A stretch of DNA of 64,000 nucleotides from Bugula neritina. Its lineage: Eukaryota; Animalia; Bryozoa. The first letter of the stretch is position 1. Every line of letters begins with the position of its first letter. The notes beneath the pieces are model-generated. The model ran no database searches and had not been told where the DNA came from. It was given only the letters and a program-made list of their open reading frames with translations. Positions 34,456 to 46,647 of the stretch are shown here, in pieces. The DNA lies in contig CAXIUT010000236.1 in NCBI GenBank assembly GCA_964035545.1, positions 1 through 64,000 on the forward strand, in the 5' to 3' direction. A program made the position numbers and the translations under genes.

Positions 34456-34481
34456 AACAGCCAAGTGCAGATCCCTTTTAA
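34456..34481 (+). CDS. Putative terminal coding exon: (E)QPSADPF*
   Basis: TTTTGTGACAG acceptor ending at 34455; a phase-1 join to the TM exon gives G|AA CAG CCA AGT GCA GAT CCC TTT TAA. Confidence 0.5.
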
Positions 34482-34501
34482 TTACTGCAAGAGCTACTCG
34501 A

Positions 34502-34900
34502 ATATTACACACAGATATTACACAGATATTACACACAGATATTACACACAGATATTACACACAGGTATTACACACAGATATTACACACAGATATTACACA
34601 CAGATATTACACACGGATATTACACGCAGATATTACACGCATATATTACACACAGATATTACACACAGGTATTACACACAGATATTACACACAGATATTA
34701 CACACAGATATTACACACGGATATTACACACAGATATTACACACAGATATTACACACAGATATTACACACAGGTATTACACACAGATATTACACGCAGAT
34801 ATTACACAGATATTATACACATATATTACAAGGATATTACAAGGATATTACACACATATATTACCAGGACATTACAAAATATTACACACAGATGTTACAA
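34502..34900 (+). repeat. 13-bp minisatellite (GATATTACACACA)n, in the presumptive 3' UTR of the membrane-protein gene
   Basis: Period 13 (34681, 34694); explains the 13-aa periodic ORF at 34465-34962. Confidence 0.92.
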
Positions 34901-35449
34901 GGATAAGAAAAGACTACTACATTTATGATTGTGTATTTAAAGCAAGTAGTTGTGATTACTAGAAGCTCTTTCATTAGAATTCACGTATCAGTACTGTTAT
35001 TGCTTCATCAGTCTTTAATACTACTTTTAATAAATTCCTGTGTTACAGCTTTAGTTTGTTATAGCAATGATATAATTATGTCAGTCATACAACTTCTTCC
35101 CTTTTTGAAAAGGGAGAAATTAATAGTCAACATTTAGGAAAGGGAGGGAAATAGTTTCTTTAAGTCACCTATTCAATTTCTTTATGTCTCTTTGCGATGT
35201 TAGTTTGTGTTTCTCTTTTTGATAGTTAATTTAGCATAGTCTATCTTCTTTTCCAGTTTATTTTGCCCTAAACATGATTTAAAAAGCTGCTTAAATTAAG
35301 GGGACAAATTTTTAAAAATATTTGATTGCTACATCTATGTTTTCCCTTCATTAGATTCTGAAACTTGAAGCACTAAAATTAGTGTACATTTTCTTTGCTG
35401 CATACAGATCACTGATTTGGTAATGCCATTGGAACCTTCAGGGTGATGA

Positions 35450-35598
35450 TGAGTCATGAAATATAACACATGACGCAGCAATAGTCACGTGATCAGTTAC
35501 AGACGACTGAGCACGTGATCAGTTAAACAGACGACTGAGCACGCCTGCTGCGCTGTCATTAGTAAGTTGCTCAACTGAAACTGTCATTGCACGAAGGT
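35450..35598 (+). promoter_or_regulatory. CpG-containing promoter-like segment and first splice donor of the repeated non-coding unit
   Basis: TGAGTCA (35450-35456), TGACGCAGCA (35471-35480), GTCACGTGAT E-box (35484-35493) within a duplicated ~26-bp motif, TGAGCACGC (35536-35544), AAG|GTAATC donor at 35597. E-box and AP-1 motif are retained in the inverted copy (59661-59666, 59693-59699). Confidence 0.45.
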
Positions 35599-38500
35599 AA
35601 TCCTTTATAATTTAGCATTTTATTTAATATGTTTTACTAACCTTTTACTGACTGTTAATTTGTATTTATTCATAGGCTTGGAATTCACATTGAATATTGT
35701 ATTTAATTGATAGGTTACTACCCATTTCTAGTCAATTTGATTCTGCAGTCATTTGAGCAGATGCAACTGCAAGGCTTATAATAAATTTCAATTTAGCTTA
35801 GCTTCAAGTTGGCTTAATTTCAACATAACATAATTTACCCTGTTCTTCTCTGGTCTGTTGAACTAAACTACAAAATCAATACTATATGAATAATAGTATA
35901 ATTGAAATCAAATGTTTTAATTTTTTTCACTGTAGCCTTACCAGTACAATCAAGTTGAACTTATGCCCAATGGTTTAATTTGTTTGACTTTATTTTAGTT
36001 ACATACTCATTATGGTCATAAACATTCCTTGAAATTGACAAGTTGAATATTCAGTTTAAGCTGCTGTAACTATAAAAAACAAGTTATATTTCTTATTTGA
36101 AGAAATCTCTTTCTTGGTTCTGTAGACTATGTTGAAGTTATCATGGTACAATTTTCAATACTCTAGATTTTAGAGCCTATGAGATGTCCCATACATGTCT
36201 GTCATCATTTATTCAACAATTTTAATTCATCAAATGTGTTTTGTTTTTTAGAATGTCTCCAAGCAGCTCAGATATTCACACATTAGAGGACATATGGTCT
36301 ACACCAGGAAGATAGGACCTAGCCAACTGTGGTCAGTTCTGTGAGCCCCATCTTGGTTATAATTAGGTATTTATTATTTATGATAACTTACTGTGTTTTC
36401 AATTTTACAGGATTATAAGGAAAGAATTATCTTGTACTTCTTGTATTTTTCTTGATAACTGATGTCCATAATTCATGTATATCTATTTCAGTTTGAAGTA
36501 GTGAAAAAGTTATGTTTTTTTTCATTATTTTAGTCTTGTTAACTCCAAGTTTTGTGGAATTGTTCAAGTTAATCACTTGTAGTCTTTAGACTAGTATCTC
36601 AGCTCTGCAAACATTTACTATTAGCTAATTAAAATGAAATGTTTTATATATTAAGGTAGTTTAGAATATTCCTTGTCTGTTTTGTAGTTGTGTTTAACCA
36701 CATGCAGATAGAAGCTATACCTTGATATCAAGACCAGTTTTATATCCATGAGATGCTCACAAGCCACATGTAGCAGTTGTCTTCTCTCTGTGTTTGATTC
36801 ATCAAAACTTTTCATCAGTTCAGGTTTGTGTCTAAATGAATTGTTTATTGTAACAATATTTACTCTTTCCCTGTGTTATGTGCTATTAGATTTTAGCATT
36901 CATAAAGCTACTACCAGTGCATGGCAATGAGGTGAACTCAGTTGACCCATATCCGCTCCTTAGTACTTTTATTCTAGCTCCTAGGGGATAGCTACTCTCG
37001 TAAATGACGTTAGATTCAGCTTTTTCTACCTTCCCTTGGACAAAGTTTGATTTAAGATGAGCATAACAAGCGTTACTACTCAAATAGTGAAGCATGTGCT
37101 TTTGATCAAAGTTGCAATATAATTGTATAAAGTGTGGAATATATAACTTTGTAAAGTTGTGCACATGGAACTGTATAGAGATGATGATTAAAATGCAACT
37201 GTGTGAGTGTGGTACATGAAATATTCATACTATATGTTCTGTTAGCTATGAACTCCACTGTTGATTGATTTTGCAGTGTAACACTTGGCTGTTTTTCTGC
37301 TTTTAGTTTTAAAAAATTATGGCTGTTTATTTCATTCAAGAATTTCCAAACATGTTTCTAATAAAAGTTAAAACAGCCCATTGTAAAGGCTCTTGCAAAC
37401 CTTACCCAGCTTTAGCTATGTATGTAACCTTCCTGGCTCAAACCCAGTGTTGGTTTGTTTCACTTACAGGCTACTGATGGCTGCTTCATAATATTCTTTC
37501 TGGATGGTTTGGTATTAGTTGGAGTTGTTTGATCTCTACTTGACCTGAACTATTTTCAGACTGAGGTGAACTACATACTACTCTATTTGAAGTGTGAGGT
37601 TAGCCGGTTATTATACTTTTTGCATGTCTAATTTTTCAGTAGTGTGTTGGAATTTTTGCATCTGTATCAGCTGTGATGAAAAGTAGACTTAATTTCTGTC
37701 AACATAAAACATATTATAGCCAGGAGAATATAAGCTCAGTAGAAGTGAAAATATATGCATCTTATCCTTGTTTGTCTGAATGTCAATACAAAATTTGACC
37801 CAAGAGATGAGAAATCAGCACATGATTAGAATTTTATTTTAAGGTTTTACTTTTTATGGTAATGAAATCATTGCCTTCATTGAACACCATCAATAAGTAA
37901 TTTATTTGACTTTGGAGCTGTTTAAGCTGTTTCATGTAAATACTAGCAGCAAACCTCATTCCAACTAAATGAGCACTCTTCAATCATATTTATTATTTTG
38001 TCAATTTATTGCTAGCTTTGTGAAAACCTCTTATTAAATAATATAAGTTTACATAGTGCTATGCTTGCTTGTGGTAAGAAAATGAAGTCTGGTTTTCATT
38101 TTAGATATTTTATTATGGTTCTGTCAGCAAATCATGTTTTTTATTTAAATAATTATGACATTCTTCTATACATCTATACATAAATAAGAATATGAATTTT
38201 CTTTTGTACTTCTCCATTTTGCTTCTGTTGCTTTCTTTACCACTGTTATATAAATTAAGCATTTTATTTCATTGTTTTTCATGATATGCGACTGCTTAAT
38301 TATAGGCTGCTTTCTTCTTGCAGTAACTGGTGTGATGGTCACATGGTCAGCTACTGGACAACCAACCAATTGGGTATAAAGTTGGACAAAGTCATTCTAG
38401 ATTATTCTTCACATGTGTCAGCTGGATGAGCTATATGGAGGTAATTCCTGTTGTTTTTAATATATAGAGATATTTATTGTAGCAGTCTAAAAGAAAGTAG

Positions 38501-39498
38501 CAAAGTGAAAACAGTTACATCATAAGTTGTAAATGAAGTTGCAAGAAGCAAGCGTAAAGATAGGTGAAAATACTGGGTTGTTATACCAGTCAAAAAGGCC
38601 AGCTATATTGTAGTAGCCATAATTAATGTGGAAAAATCGTAATATAGCTTGCATAGCTGTAATAATACATGAAAAGCTATAATGCATTTAATCACAATTC
38701 AACCAGTAAACAGTTTCAAACTTTTCATCGAGTTGTATTTACAAGAAGTACTAATAAAAGTTGCACTGAAGTTAAACTGATATATTTTTTTACTTCTCTG
38801 TGAGTGGATATGACTTGGATGTTTTATGTGCCTTAACTTTACCTGATTATACATACCTGTGGTGGTTGATGTCTACTTTTATATCATAATTATATATTTA
38901 GTTTGTTTTACCCTATCAGCTAAATATTCCAATTTTAAATTACTAGGGAATAGGTTTTAGCAGTGGCAGCTTAATTCTGCTCAAGTCTCACATAACTTAA
39001 CTATATACCTCTGGTATTATGCATTATACAATGTACTTATTTTCTGTAGTCATAAAACTGGTTTTTGATGCTTCAACTAAATTTTGTTGCTTTAAAGTCA
39101 CTTTTATTGTGGATGTCTGCTTTGATTTCTCTATATAATTGTTGGTGTGCCATGCATGGGTTTTAAAGCTGTAAACACTGTTTTACGTTTCACAAAATAT
39201 ATATTGTTGTATCCTATATTATCATGATGTTAGTTATAAAAAAATTTCACTTGTCAAAAAGTGGTAATTTGTATAATTGATAGTCATGAAAGGGGGGGGG
39301 GGGAATTCATGTGTTATATAATTCTACTGCACTATAAGGGAGAAAATATGTTGTCCGTATCAACTATCCTGTTGAAATTTGGGCATACATGCTTTTACAG
39401 ATACACGCGTAACTGTATAAGGCATGAAAGTTGTTGGGACACTACATGAGCAGGGAAAGCTTTTGTTGAATCATTACAGCTTCAGTTGTATTAACATA

Positions 39499-39573
39499 GC
39501 TATGTTAGCTACATTAGGCTATGTTAGCTACATTAGGCTATGTTAGCTACATTAGGCTATGTTAGCTACATTA
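39499..39573 (+). repeat. 19-bp tandem repeat (GCTATGTTAGCTACATTAG) x4
   Basis: Read directly; about two copies at the homologous inverted position ~49795-49840. Confidence 0.85.
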
Positions 39574-40062
39574 TGTTTTTCTCTGTTGCGTTATTTGCTT
39601 ATGTACAGCTATTTTGGCTATTCCAGAAAAAAAGCTCTTTTCTAGACTGATATAAACCCTGTTCTTTCAGCTCTCTCTTCATTCAGTCTTTGGAAATGCA
39701 CATCTCTTTTAAAGTAACAGGAACTAACTTGAGAGTTGGTTGTTTTAGAAATGCTCACCTTTCATCTGAAGGATTTAAAGCGCCAAAGGCTTAAGCTACA
39801 TGTACACACGCTGATTTTTTCAGCCGATTTTGTACTTCTCGATTTCGCTATTGCTGATTGAAAAATCGACTGATTTTCTAGGCAATTTTTATTTCCCGGG
39901 TTAATTTTCTGCTTGCGTTTTATTGGCGGATGGCTCTCAGTCTATACAACTTTCTTTTAGGTTCATGCGCAAAATTCAAGATTAGTTTCACGTGCATTAG
40001 CATAGTAAACTGAGTAAACATACATCGGCATTATTATAATATACATTCTTTTCACACGTGAA

Positions 40063-42786
<2,724 letters not shown>

Positions 42787-42930
42787 TTGACTCTTTTGCT
42801 AGTTAGCAATGCATGTACTTTTGATTAAAATATTACATATTTTGCATTATATTTTACAAGAAATATTGATATTTTTGTTTCAGTTTTGTTTAAAACTATG
42901 CATATATTTATTTACACAACATACAAAAAT

Positions 42931-44415
42931 TTACATATATTGATAAGTCATGTGTGCATTTAGTTGCGATAAAATTGAAGAAGTACTCTCATGTGGTGAT
43001 TCGGCTACGGCACCGTCTTCAGCAGAAGCACTAGCTGGCAGCAAACTGGGCACGTATGGCCTCCTAGTTGTTTCCGACTGCTGGCAGATAGCATCCACAA
43101 CTTCCCCAGACAGGCGATGCATCAAGCGTCTCCTTACCTACAAAAAGTATATGAATTGATAAGCAGTGGTTTGATAATATTTTAATCGCAACTAACGAAG
43201 TCTTGAGTCTTTTTAGTTACAATGCTTACAGCAACATTGGTGATCTGGCGTAGGTCAGCAACAAGCGCATCACCCCACAAGTCCAAGTGGTCCTTGGTTG
43301 GAGTGTTCAGAAACTCCAAACACTTCATCCTTAGATGATCTTTGGGATTGGATTCTAGTGGTCGCTAAAACAGAACATAAAAAGCATTTAAGAAAGTGTT
43401 AAGTATTACAAACCTGCCCAACTTATATCAAATCTTTTTTATTTGACATTTTAGTAAGATTGTAAATGAAGCAAACCACTATATCTGTTATCGAATTACA
43501 GTTAACCCTAATTAAGCATTCTTGTGTTTAAAGTATGTTATTAAACCATCCTGCCATGTGGATTTTTTAGGCACAACAATTTTTAATAGCTGGTATACAG
43601 CTCTCACACGTTCACCTTTATTGTGTGAAAGCCTAACTACTAACTTTTGTTCCTCTGTTACGTGGTGTGTTGCCACGCATAGGTGGGGGAGATGTCACAG
43701 GTGGGGGAGATGTCACAGGTGGGGGAGATGTTACAGGTCGGGGAAATGTCACAGGTGGGGGCGATGTCACAGGTGTCCTAGATGCAGCTGGCAGCAGAAG
43801 TATTGATTCGGACCTTGATGATGTGGAAGATGGTTGTGAAGAATCACCTTGACTACTTCCATCATCCATCATCTGATTTCTATCCTAAACTCATATTATT
43901 ATGTGAAATAATTAACAACCTATTAATAAATAATGTATGTTTACATCGATTTGCATACTACCACAATCACTACTGTTGCTTACCTCAGCAATAAGGTTGG
44001 AGTGCGAGCTCCTAGTTTTTAGAGTTGGCAAAAGAAAGAGCATCTGCTCGTAATATGGGTATGTTTTTTTGTTGCGCTCCTCTCCACCAGCTCCAGACGG
44101 CTGATGAAAGCGCCTTTTGTGCTCCTGTTAAAAATCATAGTACCTGTATGAATATTAATTTAAATATCATTTAAATTTTCTCATTCCAAATGCAGTGAGT
44201 ATAAAATTATATTAAATTACCTTTGCAAAGTAAGTTCTATTGGTTTTGTGAAGAGTCTGAAGCTCTTCAGCCGATATTCCAACAAGAGCTGCCAGGTCAG
44301 CCCAAGCCCTCTTCTTGGCATCCTTGTTTGAATAAACCTTACTACGGTTATCCCACAGAGCAGGAAACTTCTCCAAGTTGTCGACATATTTTTGAGTAAT
44401 CTCTGAATCGTACAT
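42931..44415 (-). CDS. Harbinger accessory DNA-binding protein: N-terminal MADF (Myb/SANT-like) domain, Pro/Ser linker, C-terminal BESS-like helix; 5 exons: 44415-44221, 44124-43984, 43884-43645, 43364-43230, 43137-42931; 305 aa
   Basis: Hand-spliced CDS is 918 nt with four phase-0 GT-AG introns. FPALWD..SKVYSNKDAKKRAWADLA...PSGAG...YPYYEQMLFL is MADF-typical; DHLDLWGDALVADLRQITNVAVRRRLMHRLSGEVVDAI is BESS-like; convergent with the transposase. Confidence 0.88.
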
Positions 44416-44467
44416 GATGAGGTATATATATTACAGCAGGCAGCACCGAACTGACTGCTGCCACCAA

Positions 44468-44650
44468 TCACGATCATATTTATGTTGAAAAACGGCCGTC
44501 TTGGAGCTAAATTAGCAAAAACTCACAATCATATTTATGTTGAGAAAACGGCCGTCTTGGAGCTAACTTATTAACAAAAACTCACAATTATATTTATGTT
44601 GAGAAAACGGCCGTCTTGGAGCTAACTAAATTACTAACGAAAATTCACGA
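44468..44650. repeat. Three ~55-60-bp direct repeats (ATATTTATGTTGAGAAAACGGCCGTCTTGGAGCTAA core) just upstream of the MADF gene start
   Basis: Core occurs at ~44477, ~44531 and ~44590, each with an ACGGCCGT palindrome. Confidence 0.85.
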
Positions 44651-45017
44651 TCAGTGCAAATCTGTTCTTTCAACAAAAATTAAACTATAAAGTTGAGATG
44701 CTAATATTAGTTACTTAAATATAAAAATTAAAACTAAAAGTTATAAATTGTATTATAAATGAGTAAAAGTTGAGAATAATACCAGTGTTCTATTTAAAAA
44801 AGCAATATGTTTATTCTGATGTTCTAATAAATAAAAATTGCGTTGTTATTACTACTAGTACTACTTCGATTGATAGTTATTTTTATATTTGTATTTCATA
44901 TATGATGCATCGTAGTGATAGCAACGTACTAATTACTTCCTAGTTGTATTTCAACAATGGTGTTAACTTCGCTCGCTGTCATGATTTTCTGCCAGCTTTT
45001 GATTGGCTGGTTCAACA

Positions 45018-45155
45018 GAAAATCGCCCGATAAATTGAACATGTTCAATTCTGAAAATCGCTACAAAAATCTGCCAAAAGCAAAATCAGCCGATTTTTCA
45101 AAAATCCTAAAAAATCGCTAACAGTTTATCGGCCGATTTTCATGAAAAATCGACC
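45018..45155. promoter_or_regulatory. Subterminal AAAATC(G)/(C)GATTTT motif cluster (also at 39811-39877), candidate MADF-protein binding sites
   Basis: About 10 copies in both orientations at the right end (e.g. AAAATCAGCCGATTTT) and about 5 at the left end; 18-bp perfect palindrome AATTGAACATGTTCAATT at 45033-45050. Confidence 0.6.
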
Positions 45156-46647
45156 TGTGTACATGTAGCTTTACAGTTCATGCAGGCTAATATATAAGGT
45201 AAGTTTCATTTTTCATTTATTGGTGCACACAATTTATTTGATGAAGAATAGTTAATAAATTCAGTTTGATACAAAGTTGTTTGTGGATTAGGTGTTATTT
45301 ATGTTCAACAATTGCTATGGCCATAATAAAAATAGGAAATGTTAGTTTTGAAGTATTGAGTTTACATAACTACCATCTCTAAATTGTGTTTTAGGATAGA
45401 ATTACCCGTGGGGTGGATACCAGGGCTACATAGGATACTGTGTCAGTTGGAGACAGAGGGAACACACCAGTGAAAACTACAGCTGTCGTCTCTACCCCTT
45501 CACCTGTGCTAGAAGTGGTGAGACAGTACTGCTCCTATAAATACTACTAGGCATGGTGAGACAATGATATACACCTACTTATAATTTTCTTTCTTGAACA
45601 AGAACAGGCCATTCCACCACTGGTAGTTATTGCTAATTCAATTGCAAAGCTAGAACGTTTTTGGCTATATAGCAGGCTACAATAGTTAGCTATTAAGCCA
45701 TTAGAGAATAGCCTTTATTTTAAGTTATTTATAGCAAGCAGATGACAAATACAATTAGTAATCAGTATTCTATTATAAGGCATAGACCCATAAGGAGTGA
45801 CCCACAAGGTAGCTATTTTGTATTGCATTATATTCAAATTTTGTTCTTTTGATAGTTTATAGTGTTGTAGCTTCACTGAATGATATTTCTTGTATTTATG
45901 TTTTTTATTGCAGTCAGTTGGTCATGAGTGTATTATATAGTTGACATTGTTTAATAGGTTTCACTGTTAGTAAAGGTTGGTCACATAGAAATAAAGATGC
46001 AATTCAGTGGCAAATGAGCTTCAGACTCTACTTAGTCTTGAGAATGAAAATTTAATATACTGTTGCAGGAACGCTTACCAACGGAGCTGGTGGAGACTGT
46101 CATAATTTAATATATTATTCTGTTTGTAGAGGCGCTGGCCAATATCAATCAATTCCTCAAGATTCCCTGCCTGCTGCACATAGGTTGCGATATCAACTCA
46201 GCAGATGTTTTTCATGTCAGCCAATCAGATTTGCTGGAGTGAAGCACAAATATATTGCACCGTTGAGCCCTAGCAGGTGTCTTGTACCATGACTTCTAAG
46301 TCTGACATGTGTTCACAGGTGCCTTATGTCTCAGGAGATATGTTGACATTAGCTCACAAGTCTTCTTTTACATTGTTATGTACCAATGCAAAAGTAAATT
46401 TTTTTATACTAATTTAACTCTTTTTGTATACATTTTATCCATGCGTTAGTGTGCAACAATAAACTGATGACTATACTATTTTCACCAGGTTTTTTGATAT
46501 ACCCATTTCTAGGATCCAATGTATTAGGCTTGCCTAATTTTATTACAAGAACTTTTATGTTTTTTTACATGTATTTTATTTGATTACAAATGCAACAATA
46601 AATACTACGGTGGCAGGTGGCTACCTTTGTGGAATGGCTCTTTTTGT

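Larger units (their letters stand above)
35150..39748 (+). other. Copy A of a ~4.5-kb locally amplified unit with exon/intron architecture but no recognisable ORF (lncRNA-like or decayed gene), directly upstream of PSMB7-like exons
   Basis: AG..GT-bounded blocks at 36252-36366, 36688-36823, 37470-37598 and 38324-38440, with stops in the frames translated. Homologous blocks on the minus strand at 52595-52709, 54959-55075, 58760-58874, 50966-51082 and 61322-61439. Confidence 0.6.

Noticed and set aside
34465-34962. 165-aa ORF with THRYYTQILHTDI repeats
   Set aside because: Read-through of a stop-free 13-bp minisatellite; GTG start; period not a multiple of 3.
36886-37164. 92-aa ORF with a similar 83-aa ORF at 51822-52073 as a conserved protein
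   Set aside because: Similarity is explained by the DNA duplication; ends differ, it is antisense to the splice-signal orientation and no domain was recognised.
37672-37780. C/D-box snoRNA (GTGATGA...CTGA), raising a snoRNA-host-gene model for the non-coding unit
   Set aside because: No terminal stem or recognisable guide, and the segment is missing from the other copies; a snoscan/Infernal run would be needed to exclude it fully.
39499-39573. AGCTACAT in the 19-bp repeat equals the first 8 nt of the Harbinger TIR
   Set aside because: Also present in copy B, which lacks the element; an 8-bp match is compatible with chance.
43522-43994. Plus-strand ORFs with CHRWGR or GGGDVT repeats
   Set aside because: Antisense shadows of the PVTSPP-coding exon of the MADF gene.
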